Notes: generated from the letters alone by a model not told the origin. DNA of 64,000 bases from a bacterium (GCA_963675755.2 CAXXMD010000002.1:1952001-2016000); one strand, 5' to 3'; positions 10,992 to 20,092 are shown, counted from the stretch's first letter. Numbers and translations are program-made.

Positions 10992-11932
10992 TTAGTTTTC
11001 TTCTTCGTCATCTTCTTCCAATTGATCGCTTTGTTCATTTTTTTCTATTATTTCTTGAATTTGCTTTCCCCTTTCAATAATATTGTTTCGAAGATCCCCT
11101 GTAATTTGTGCAGTATTAATAAGAGCTTCAATTAATTTTAAAGCTCTACCATCTACAGCCAACTTACCAATATTTATACCACCTGTTAAAATATCTTCCG
11201 TAAGTCCAACGATTTCCAGCTTAGTACCCTCAATGCCTGCTCCTTGAGCTACTTCATAGGAGAGATTTCCGAATGCATTTGCATCAATACCATCAGGAAC
11301 ACTAGCTGCCAATCTAAAATCTTCAATTCCAGTGGCTGCTGAAAAACCTCCAGCGACTTTCAATGCTTCACCGCCTACTACCAAGCCAACACCAAGAGCT
11401 GAAAATCCACCTACAGAAGCGATTGTTACTCCAACTCCTTTAATTTGTAGAACCCATCCAGCAGCATAAGTTAAACCACCTCCTACTGTCTTTATACCGG
11501 CTTCTAACATAGCAGATTTATCTTTTTCGCCACTTGGATCAATTCGATTTACCGGATTATTTGAACAATAGTGAAAAGGTGTTAATCCAGGGTATTTCTC
11601 TGCCAACGGATCAACGCTGATAAACCGCCCGACGACCGGGTCGTGGTATCGTGCTCCAAAGCTGCAGGTCCGACCCCTGGCGGATAGTAAAGATCAAGGC
11701 CGTGCTCGTCGTCCAACTCTTTGCCGGTGAATTTCTGGATCGTTTCTATAGAACTGTTAACCGAACTGCGCGATACCGAGCCGAAAGGATAATAATCGTA
11801 GCGCTCAACTACGTTCTTGTCCGCGTCTACAACCACCCGGGTATTGCCCAGGTGGTCGTGAATATGAAAATAATATTGCCCTGCTGACGCAACACTGTAT
11901 TGCATCATAACCAAAATAACGCAAAAAAACAA
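10992..11932 (-). pseudogene. Orphan RHS core plus C-terminal toxin, frameshifted by a 23-nt insertion
   Basis: HDHLGNTRVV..YDYYPFG..FTGKELD..DLYY in one frame. Removing 11661-11683 restores FGARYHDPVVGRFISVDPLAEKYP..NNPVNRIDPSG. Confidence 0.85.
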
Positions 11933-11955
11933 ATGTTTTAATCAAACGTTTTTTT

Positions 11956-12035
11956 ATCCGTGAAGATCCGTGTGAATCCGTGGCCGAATTGACAGATAGG
12001 AAATTAGCCACTGATCTCCACAGATCAGCACGGAT
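11956..12035. repeat. Inverted pair of 10-mer tandem repeats
   Basis: atccgtgaag-atccgtgtga-atccgtggc ... gccactgat-ctccacagat-cagcacggat. Confidence 0.7.
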
Positions 12036-12184
12036 GAGAATTGCAATATTTTGTATTTAGGTGCCTTGGTAAGCAAGGAGACGATTGTGACGGAGACAAT
12101 CCCCCCCATGATTAGATTTACAACGTCAATTCAATCCTGTAATCCTACAAATCATAATTCAGACAGATATGAACATTTTGATTA

Positions 12185-12280
12185 ACCGGCCCTTCGATAC
12201 GCTCGTCCGCAAAAGCGGACTCACACTCAGGGACCTAAATTATTCTAATCAAGTTAATCCGGTTAATCCTTTAATCAGGG
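12185..12280. repeat. Repeat B copy 1 (CCTTCGATAC..CTCAGGGAC palindrome plus 9-mer tract)
   Basis: 12213-12280 aligns with 18413-18480. The palindromic half recurs at about 18572 and 18839. Confidence 0.8.
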
Positions 12281-12298
12281 TGAGCTTTACCCGAAAAA

Positions 12299-13180
12299 TT
12301 AGACACAAAGAAAAGCTCGTTTTTGATTAAATTGGTTTTCAAAGTTAATAGGTGACAAATAATCCAAACTTGAATGAAGCCGTTTATAATTATAAAAGAT
12401 GTCAATATAATCAAAGATTTTTTGTTCAGCATCCTGAAAGGATTCAAATCGTTCAAAAGAATAAAACTCAGATTTGAATGTACCAAAAAAAGATTCCATA
12501 ACGGCATTATCATAACAGTCACCTTTGCGACTCATACTTTGAACAATACCCTGTTCTTTCAAAAATGCTTTTACTTCAATACTTGCATACTGGATGCCGC
12601 GATCGGAATGAAAGATCAACCCTTTTTCGGGTTTTCGTTTGGCAACAGCATCTTTTAGTGACTTTAACACAAAGTCCAAAGATAGATCACGACTTAAGTG
12701 CCAGCTAATGATCTGTCTGGAAAACAAATCCATAATGGCTACAAGATACATCCACTGCTTCTGGACTTTGATATATGTAATGTCTGACAGCCAAATCTGA
12801 TCCGGCCGTTCAGCATGAAAGTTTTGGTTTAGCAAATTTGCGGCAACACGAAACCGGTGTTTTGAATATGTCGTAGCCTTATATTTTTTCTTAACTTTAG
12901 AACGTATATCATTCTCACGCATCAAGCGAGCAACACGGTTTTTGCTGCAATTGTTATTCATTGCTTTAAGCTCGGCTGTAATTCGCGGACTGCCGTAAAT
13001 ATATCGACTTTGCTCATGAACCTGTTTAATGAGTTTGAGTAATTTTTCATTTTCAAGTTCGCGCTGACTGGATCCGCGTCTTCGCCAGGCATAATATCCG
13101 CTCCGGGATACTTTAAAAGCTTCACACATCTTCTGCAGCCGAAATCTGGAGCGGTGCAGAAAAATGAATTCACATTTCAT
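12299..13180 (-). CDS. IS3 transposase OrfB (DDE/rve integrase)
   Basis: YGSPRI, WLSDITYI, HSDRGIQY, DNAVMESFF, YNYKRLHSSL. Confidence 0.95.
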   Translation of the reverse strand: MKCEFIFLHRSRFRLQKMCEAFKVSRSGYYAWRRRGSSQRELENEKLLKLIKQVHEQSRYIYGSPRITAELKAMNNNCSKNRVARLMRENDIRSKVKKKYKATTYSKHRFRVAANLLNQNFHAERPDQIWLSDITYIKVQKQWMYLVAIMDLFSRQIISWHLSRDLSLDFVLKSLKDAVAKRKPEKGLIFHSDRGIQYASIEVKAFLKEQGIVQSMSRKGDCYDNAVMESFFGTFKSEFYSFERFESFQDAEQKIFDYIDIFYNYKRLHSSLDYLSPINFENQFNQKRAFLCV

Positions 13181-13479
13181 TTCGGCAGTTTGGAGAAGAT
13201 GCTGATTGCTTTTTTTAAGATTTCGTTCTCCTCTTCGAGGTCAACGAGTTTCTTTTTGAGATCACGTAGTTCCTGATCAGCAGGCTTCAAATGTCCTTTG
13301 CCTGGAAAAGCATTTTCTTCATCTTGAAGGTACTCTCTTTTCCAATTGCGAAGTGTTGAAGGATTTATTCCAAGTTCTCGGGCAACTGCTTTTAATGGCC
13401 TTTGCCCATCGATGATCAATTTAACTGTTTTGACCTTAAATTCCGTACTAAATGAGCGTCTTGGTTTTCGTTCATTCAT
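13177..13479 (-). CDS. IS3 transposase OrfA (HTH)
   Basis: FSTEFK..VARELGI..TLRNW..EENEILKKA. A7 slippery run at 13210-13216 leads into the open -1 (orfB) frame. Confidence 0.93.
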   Translation of the reverse strand: MNERKPRRSFSTEFKVKTVKLIIDGQRPLKAVARELGINPSTLRNWKREYLQDEENAFPGKGHLKPADQELRDLKKKLVDLEEENEILKKAISIFSKLPK

Positions 13480-13546
13480 AACACACCTCCATTGTTGTAA
13501 TATACGAACTTTTCGGTGTGTCTACAATATCAGGTAAAGGTTAGGG

Positions 13547-14290
13547 TTATATTACCCAGGACAAAATAAAACTAACATTCCCAGCCTTGTATTGTTCCAA
13601 CCCGAATGTATAGAAAAAATTCATTTGAAAATAACGTTGATAATGCCCCAATCCCAGTTGATATCGTCTGGACTGCTTGTATTGAATATGGGACAATATG
13701 ATATAATCATGTTCCAGAAATCTGTAAACCGTATTGATCGATTCTGAATATTGTTTACGGTAATATTGCATAGTCAGCTGATTTTGCAGCATGGTCATAG
13801 ATATAGCCTGTCCATCAGGATAAATGGACGCGGACATTCTTGTCCCCAAAACCTGAGCAGGATATCTCATATGCAATCCCGTCAAGTTGGGATATATATT
13901 ATGAATTTTGTATTTCTGCAATAACACACGTGCACGGTTAGCCCCTTGCTGCGCAACCAGCCCGGCCATAACCCAGCCCATAATATCTCGTTTGGTGGTT
14001 TCAGGATTTCGGTTCATTCGCCATGCAAACAACTCTAATGGCTCGTAGAAATTTACAGCATTTCCTTTACTAAAGCGGGTCAGTTTTATGAGATTATACT
14101 TTAATCGACGTTCATCCATATTGACACGAAATCCATTAAACAAAAAATAATTCAACGAATTCGTTCTCTGATAGGAACCAAGGGAATCCAGGATGACGTA
14201 ACGATCATACGATACCGGTTGAGCAGTCAAAATAGAATTAGTGAATGGGAACAGTCTGAGAATCATCCAAATTACAACTAGCTTTTTCAT
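13547..14290 (-). CDS. Hypothetical exported protein, possibly outer-membrane beta-barrel-like
   Basis: MKKLVVIW signal-like start at 14290 (ORF track starts 14350); alternating hydrophobic C-terminus VSFILSWVI. Confidence 0.55.
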   Translation of the reverse strand: MKKLVVIWMILRLFPFTNSILTAQPVSYDRYVILDSLGSYQRTNSLNYFLFNGFRVNMDERRLKYNLIKLTRFSKGNAVNFYEPLELFAWRMNRNPETTKRDIMGWVMAGLVAQQGANRARVLLQKYKIHNIYPNLTGLHMRYPAQVLGTRMSASIYPDGQAISMTMLQNQLTMQYYRKQYSESINTVYRFLEHDYIILSHIQYKQSRRYQLGLGHYQRYFQMNFFYTFGLEQYKAGNVSFILSWVI

Positions 14291-14522
14291 AGTTTTTCCT
14301 GGATGAATACATGTATTTTTAAACCCGGGTAATGAGAAAAACATCAACAACTAACAATTAAACGCTGAATCCAGGATTCGGTTCCTGGCCTGACCAACAA
14401 ACTGGATTTACACTGATACACTCGCCATTCAATTGGGTAAACAAGGATTTAAATATATTATTAAAACATTATTGCAATACATGTAAATTCTTAATATCTT
14501 TAAAAAAATCAGGGAAAAAACC

Positions 14523-16022
14523 ATGAAAACCTCAATATCAAGACGTAGATTTTTATCTGCCAGCGCCGCTACTACTCTGTTTCCATATTTTATATATTGT
14601 AAATCAAAACCAGGCAAACCCAATATCATTTTTTTGATGGATGATCAGCACAGGTGGGACGCCCTGGGTTTTGTTGATAACAAGACGATTACCCCGAATC
14701 TTGACAAACTGGCAAATAATGGGATTTTCTTTGACCAGGCTGTCTGTCAGGCACCCATGTGCACACCCAGCAGAAACTCGATGATGTTCGGGCTTTATCC
14801 GAACCAGATTGGCGTTTTACGAAATGGGACCGGTATTCCGGACGATAAACTGCCTGCAAAAACACTCCCCCAACTGCTCAAAGAAGCTGGTTACCAAACC
14901 GCAGGGTTCGGCAAGACACATTGGGGACTGGACTGTTCCACACGCGGATTTGAAACCCGCGACATCGCCCAATGCTTTGAATACGATGCAATCATGATGA
15001 AAGACGATGCTCCGGAAGACAAAAAACTTTACGATGCCGAAAGTATTACCATGGGCGGAGGTGAAGAAAATAATCATGGCTATCTCGGGTTTACCAGTTC
15101 GCTGACTGAGGAACAACATCGTGACGGCTGGGTAACCAAGAAATGTCTGGAATTTATTGAAAATGGTACCGATCCAAATCGGCCCTTGTTCCTTTACCTG
15201 TCATTTCTCAAACCGCATGCAGGGCACAATGTGCCTGCAGGGTATGAGGAAAAGTATGACCCCGATCAAGTCCAATATGCTCAACAACCGCCCTGGAAGC
15301 AGGACAATTCTCCTCACGCGCTGGGTATTAACAGACGCGATATGTATATCAATTATTGGAGCAAAGCAACAGATGAGCAATGGCGATTGATGACCATGCG
15401 CTATCGGGCCAATTGCACCTGGATCGATGACATGTTTGGCAGAGCGGTAAAAGCGCTTGAACAAAAAGGATTATTGGAAAACGCCTTGATTGTTTATTGT
15501 TCGGACCATGGAGAAATGCTGGGTGAAAGATTTTACAGATTTAACAAATATTGCCTCTATGAATCCAGTGTACGGGTACCCGTAATTTTATCAGGATCTG
15601 TAGTGCCTGCGGAATCACATGGCACGAAAGACCATAGACCGGCACAACTTGTAGATCTGTATCCCACTCTGCTTAAAGCAGCAAATTTACAGGTCCCAAA
15701 CAGTGCTGTGGGCCTGGATTTGTTTAGCGATAAAAAAAGGACTGCATCATTCAGCGCATTGCATGAGCGGGAAACAGAAGCTGCTTTTATGTGGCGTACT
15801 CCCGCATACAAATTAATACTTGTCATGAATCGCAAGGCGGATGCCAGTCAATATACAAAAGCGGACATCAAGGACGGTGAATTTTATAATCTTGAAAATG
15901 ATCCCCGGGAATGGAACAATCTATATAATGATCCACTTGAATCGTCTAAAATTCAAAAAATGACCAAAGAACTGTTATCACATCTCGGTGGATTATCACC
16001 TGTGATACCAAATCCCGTCTAG
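14523..16022 (+). CDS. Formylglycine-dependent sulfatase, Tat-exported
   Basis: SRRRFL Tat motif; PNIIFLMDDQHR; CTPSR (CxPxR); GKTH; SDHGEMLG. Confidence 0.92.
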   Translation: MKTSISRRRFLSASAATTLFPYFIYCKSKPGKPNIIFLMDDQHRWDALGFVDNKTITPNLDKLANNGIFFDQAVCQAPMCTPSRNSMMFGLYPNQIGVLRNGTGIPDDKLPAKTLPQLLKEAGYQTAGFGKTHWGLDCSTRGFETRDIAQCFEYDAIMMKDDAPEDKKLYDAESITMGGGEENNHGYLGFTSSLTEEQHRDGWVTKKCLEFIENGTDPNRPLFLYLSFLKPHAGHNVPAGYEEKYDPDQVQYAQQPPWKQDNSPHALGINRRDMYINYWSKATDEQWRLMTMRYRANCTWIDDMFGRAVKALEQKGLLENALIVYCSDHGEMLGERFYRFNKYCLYESSVRVPVILSGSVVPAESHGTKDHRPAQLVDLYPTLLKAANLQVPNSAVGLDLFSDKKRTASFSALHERETEAAFMWRTPAYKLILVMNRKADASQYTKADIKDGEFYNLENDPREWNNLYNDPLESSKIQKMTKELLSHLGGLSPVIPNPV

Positions 16023-16063
16023 TCTAAACTGCGCCAGGGGATATCAGGATGATCGTTATGGGT

Positions 16064-16216
16064 TCTTGTCTGAATTAGGATGAAAGGATTAAAAGATGCA
16101 TAGGATTTAATCCCCCCCATTCCAATGCTGTTATCCATTAATCCTACAAATCATAATTCAGACAAAAAAAGCGCCGGACAATGCATGGTTAGCAGTGAGA
16201 CGGCGCTTATAGGAAA
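16064..16216. repeat. Repeat A copy 2
   Basis: Aligns with 10257-10410, including the terminator hairpin aaaaaagcgccg..cggcgctt. Confidence 0.85.
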
Positions 16217-16251
16217 ATTGGTCAGAGGTCCATGCTACGAACAAAAGATTA

Positions 16252-17280
16252 TCACTCTAAATCAAACTCTTTAATATCCCAATTAAAACAATTATAAAAG
16301 CTACTTCGACTTTGATATAACTTTATAAATTGACTTTTTTGATGGGTGAAAATATTATATTTCATAAATTTAATATTAGTAAATATCTCAAAACGTCTGG
16401 TAAAATCGACAAAATATAAACAATTATTGTAAATAGTTATACTACTGCCTTTATCAAATAACACAAAACTTTGTTTATTTTGTAAATCAAACAGTTCGAT
16501 AAATCTTTTCCCTCTATCCTCAGAATAACGATTAATAATCAATGAATCATTATTAATCCATTCAAAACTTGAAACATTATCAAGTATGGGTACAAATTTA
16601 AATTGTTGTAAATCCAAAAAAGTTAAATATCTTTTCCCATTTCCTCCTATATATCTTGCTCCAATAAAATTATTATCTGGACTTATTCGCACTTCACCAT
16701 AAACAGATGAAAAATCACCCAACTCATAAGGATTTAAAATTTTCCTGGTAGAAATTTGATCGCCATTAATTATTAATAATACTTTTTCAAGATCATTTTT
16801 ATTATTTAATAGTTGTAAACATAAATAAATTATTTTATCCTTTTTCAATATCCATTCAAAATTATTAATACTTTGATAGCTATCTTTATAAATTAATTTT
16901 AAATCATAATTGTGTTTATTATCATATTCAACTACACTTATTGAATCACCAGAAAAGCATGCCCAAACACTTTGATTATAAACAAATTCATTATGGTTAA
17001 AATCAGGTAATTGCGTCACAGTTTTTTTTAATATATCTACAATATAATGATTACGATCTCCCCCTTCTCCTATAATTGCAGTATTTGAAAAAAACTTGAA
17101 ATCTAAAAACCTTCTTGTTAATGGTGTAACAAAATCCATAACCAAAGAATCTTTTTTCATATCACGAATTACAAACCGGTATTGATTATCTTTTGCGGGT
17201 TCATAATATACCAACAATGTTGTTTCTGCATATATAACGGATGCATAAACAAGGATGAAAAGAAATAATTTAAATTTCAC
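16252..17280 (-). CDS. Exported, probably beta-propeller protein; putative immunity partner of the upstream RHS toxin
   Basis: GTG start after GAGG; signal peptide; ISPDNNFI TolB-like turn; extremely AT-rich; 14 bp after the RHS stop. Confidence 0.6.
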   Translation of the reverse strand: MKFKLFLFILVYASVIYAETTLLVYYEPAKDNQYRFVIRDMKKDSLVMDFVTPLTRRFLDFKFFSNTAIIGEGGDRNHYIVDILKKTVTQLPDFNHNEFVYNQSVWACFSGDSISVVEYDNKHNYDLKLIYKDSYQSINNFEWILKKDKIIYLCLQLLNNKNDLEKVLLIINGDQISTRKILNPYELGDFSSVYGEVRISPDNNFIGARYIGGNGKRYLTFLDLQQFKFVPILDNVSSFEWINNDSLIINRYSEDRGKRFIELFDLQNKQSFVLFDKGSSITIYNNCLYFVDFTRRFEIFTNIKFMKYNIFTHQKSQFIKLYQSRSSFYNCFNWDIKEFDLE

Positions 17281-17294
17281 TATTTCACCTCACT

Positions 17295-18377
17295 TTAGTA
17301 TTTCTGCTTTGATAAAAATGTTTGTTTTGCTATCCAAGTCAAACCATCAGCAGGTCCATACCCCCCACTGAAAACGGCTGTTGAAAGCCGAACGGGCAAT
17401 GTATTACCTAACAACTGATTAGGTAAAAATGTCTTACCTATGGCCTTACGTATTGTTTGTGCAGCTTGTTGATGACATACATTCCTGGAGATATATTCCC
17501 ACCATCCTCGTTTTGAAGGTACAAAACCTCCCTTTGGAGCAGCCATAGCTGCATGGATTCCCCCATGGCGGGCTATACCGCTAAGTTTTTTATCATAATA
17601 TATATTATAAGAACCACTATGTAATGGTTCTTGGTCAGCAAGTGTTATTGCATCACGACCTATTTGTCCATCAGCCCAAGCCCAACCATTCGTTTCATCT
17701 TCTATAAATTTATCTATTTCGTCTTCTGACATAGTAGTCTTTGAAACTTGAAGTTTTGGATCAGTTGGCATAATTTTGTTAAACACAGCTCCCTCTAAAA
17801 ATGTGGGTCCTAAAAAGTTTAACGTTTTATCCAAATCTCTTCCAATATTGTTAGCGACAAAATTACTCACGCCAGTTTCATTATATGCAGTATTCCACAC
17901 TGCCTTTCCTGCAACCTCTGCTCCAAGTTTTTGCATGGCAGCTTCTACACCACCAGCAGATACTAATCCCATTGCTCCAAATGCAGCCCCAATGAAAAAA
18001 TCTGTTTCAAAATTTGATTGCCCATTTGAAAAAATCTTATTCATAACAGCATTTGAAAAACCACCAAATAAAATTGGCGCAAGAAAAGCAAACTCCCCAT
18101 CAGGATCCACTATACTTAACGGGTTATTGCCGCAATATACATATGGGCTAAATCCCTGTCCGGCGGGGTCGGGCGTAAACCAACGACCAATGCCAGGATT
18201 GTAGTATCTTGCTCCAAAATAATAAAGCCCGATATCCGAATCAAGCTCTTTTTGCGAGAACTGGTAATTGTTATCATTGTTACCCGAAGCCACCAGGGTT
18301 TCTCCAAAGGGGGTGTAATCGCGCGTCATATCAGTATTGCTCAGCCGTCGCGTACTACCAACCTGATCTTGATACAC
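17295..18377 (-). CDS. Orphan RHS core plus C-terminal toxin, 5'-truncated at repeat B
   Basis: DQVGSTR, DYTPFGE, QKELDSDIGLYYFGARYYNPGIGRWFTPDP, YCGNNPLSIVDPDG cleavage motif. No convincing start codon. Confidence 0.85.
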   Translation of the reverse strand: MYQDQVGSTRRLSNTDMTRDYTPFGETLVASGNNDNNYQFSQKELDSDIGLYYFGARYYNPGIGRWFTPDPAGQGFSPYVYCGNNPLSIVDPDGEFAFLAPILFGGFSNAVMNKIFSNGQSNFETDFFIGAAFGAMGLVSAGGVEAAMQKLGAEVAGKAVWNTAYNETGVSNFVANNIGRDLDKTLNFLGPTFLEGAVFNKIMPTDPKLQVSKTTMSEDEIDKFIEDETNGWAWADGQIGRDAITLADQEPLHSGSYNIYYDKKLSGIARHGGIHAAMAAPKGGFVPSKRGWWEYISRNVCHQQAAQTIRKAIGKTFLPNQLLGNTLPVRLSTAVFSGGYGPADGLTWIAKQTFLSKQKY

Positions 18378-18412
18378 AAAACGGTAGCCTTCGGTTAGAT
18401 AAAGCTCGGGAT

Positions 18413-18482
18413 AAGCGGATTCACACTCAGGGACCTAAATTTTCCAAATCAAGTTAATCAGGTTCATCCTTTAATCAGGGTT
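18413..18482. repeat. Repeat B copy 2
   Basis: aagcggattcacactcagggacctaaat...aagttaatc.ggtt.atcctttaatcaggg, as at 12213-12280. Confidence 0.8.
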
Positions 18483-18485
18483 GTC

Positions 18486-19160
18486 TCCTCATGCCCAGGC
18501 TCTGTCTGGGTGCGAATTGCTTGCTATAGGGTTCCAGGGCCGTGTCTTGGTACCAGGATGGGACATTTCTCACCAGCCCTTTGATACACTCGTCCAAAAA
18601 TGCGGACTCGCACTCAGGGACCTGGATTTTTGATCGCCGGGTACATTTGTGCCCGGCGGTATTATTGTGCAGGACTTGAGTCCTGCATAAATGACATCGT
18701 AGTTATCTTAAACTCAGTTTGCATGTTCCCAAACTCCCCAGGAGTACAGTCCGTTTATGGACTGTGTGCGGATCGCAGATCCGCTTAATGACATAGAATC
18801 TATTAGAATCTCAGTTTTAACCAGGCGGAACATTTCTCACCAGCCCTTTAATACACTCGCCCGCAAAAGCGGACTCGCACTCAGGGACGTGGATTTTTGA
18901 TCGCCGGGTACATTTGTGCCCGGCGGAATTATAATGCAGGACTTGAGTCCTGCATAAATGACATCGTAGTTATCTTAAACTCAGTTATGGGTTCCAAGGC
19001 CGAGCCTTGGTAACAGGGTGGAAAGAATTTCCTTGATCGCCGGGTACATTTGTGCCCGGCGGTATTATTGAGCAGGACTTGAGTCCTGCATAAATGACAT
19101 CGTAGTTATTTTAAGCTCAGTTATAGGGTTCCAAGGTCGAGCCTTGGAACCAGGGTGGTA
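18486..19160. repeat. Compound palindromic repeat array
   Basis: Three near-identical 90-bp units (18630-18719, 18897-18986, 19033-19122), one structural variant (18741-18816), and gggttccaagg..ccttggaaccagg-type hairpins at 18529, 18989 and 19126. Confidence 0.9.
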
Positions 19161-19200
19161 TCAGGGTGAAAATCTCGCGACTGACACCTTACCAGATGAA

Positions 19201-19905
19201 TCAAACAAACTGTACCTGCTTGACCTTTTTAAAACAGATATCCTGCAATTTCAGTTTTTCCACAGCTTTTTTAAAATTTTCTGTTACAATGATTATTTCA
19301 GGTAATTCCTTGATACGAAAGATCTCTTCATCCAGTTGTTCGGGTACTATACTGATCTTGAGGTGATCAGGCTTGGTGATTGAATTTTTACCGCATCGTT
19401 TGCAGGTTTTAACATTGCTATCCATTAATGCAGCTTTGGCATGGATCTGAAATTCATAATATTTGAAATCACTTTGATCGCTCATTCGAATTTGTGTTGG
19501 CGCAATAGCAGGCAAATTTATATTTTGCTCCTTTAATTGCTGGTAGGCTTTGAAACTGATGAGCGGAGTCCAAGGATTTGGCCATGCAAAATCATAACCA
19601 TTCCAATGAGCAATTCCTCTCAATGGACCAAATCTAGTTCCCGGCAGAACAAACAAATCGTTAAAGATTTTATCCGTAGCCGGCTTCATTTCATGATGCA
19701 CAGCCCATTGATAAGGTTTTGGTCTTGAATAATAGTCTTTATACTGCATGCAGGATTCATTAATATTTACTTTAGGATATTGTAAGCCAATAGCCAGCCA
19801 GCTACTGTTACATACATTGCAGATTATACCCGGTACACAGTATTGATGTATTGCACGTATCAAATAATTGGTCGCATTGTCATATGTCATTTCAAAATAG
19901 TTCAT
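19201..19905 (-). CDS. Double-CXXCG motif protein (similar to myxobacterial SitI6-type immunity proteins)
   Basis: PGIICNVCNSSW..GLQYP, LPGTRFGPLRG, CKRCG, IIVTENF. Likely ATG at 19905 (ORF track starts 19920). Confidence 0.7.
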   Translation of the reverse strand: MNYFEMTYDNATNYLIRAIHQYCVPGIICNVCNSSWLAIGLQYPKVNINESCMQYKDYYSRPKPYQWAVHHEMKPATDKIFNDLFVLPGTRFGPLRGIAHWNGYDFAWPNPWTPLISFKAYQQLKEQNINLPAIAPTQIRMSDQSDFKYYEFQIHAKAALMDSNVKTCKRCGKNSITKPDHLKISIVPEQLDEEIFRIKELPEIIIVTENFKKAVEKLKLQDICFKKVKQVQFV

Positions 19906-19935
19906 ATTCTGGTATCCCAATAGTAAATACTTTTT

Positions 19936-20004
19936 TCCTCATGCCCAGACTCTACCTGGATACGAATAGCTTGTTTGGATTCCAGGGCCTAGCCTTGAAC
20001 CAGG
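19936..20004. repeat. Direct repeat of 18486-18557
   Basis: tcctcatgcccag.ctct..ctgg.t.cgaat.gcttg...ttccagggcc...cttg..accagg. Confidence 0.75.
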
Positions 20005-20092
20005 TTGAATTCTTACAGCTACAAGCTTTACTTGCCTCACCTGATTACTGATTACTACAGCTTTTCACGTTAATCGTCTTTCGTCTGCTATC

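Larger units (their letters stand above)
12281..13543 (-). mobile_element. IS3-family insertion sequence (1263 bp)
   Basis: Imperfect terminal IRs tgagctttacccgaaaaattagacaca / taacctttacctgatattgtagacaca; GGG direct repeat at 12278-80 and 13544-46; orfA/orfB pair. Confidence 0.93.

Noticed and set aside
18680-18713. Xer/dif-like site (gtcctgcataa..ttatcttaaac)
   Set aside because: The arms resemble dif, but the spacer would be 12 bp rather than 6-8, and the left arm is part of a hairpin.
18600-18788. 62-aa ORF in the repeat array (likewise 24485-24682 and 11805-12011)
   Set aside because: Translations of palindromic repeats, with no RBS or protein-like features.
18486-19160. CRISPR array
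   Set aside because: Units are 90 bp, the intervening sequences are themselves other repeats of unequal length, and no cas genes are present.
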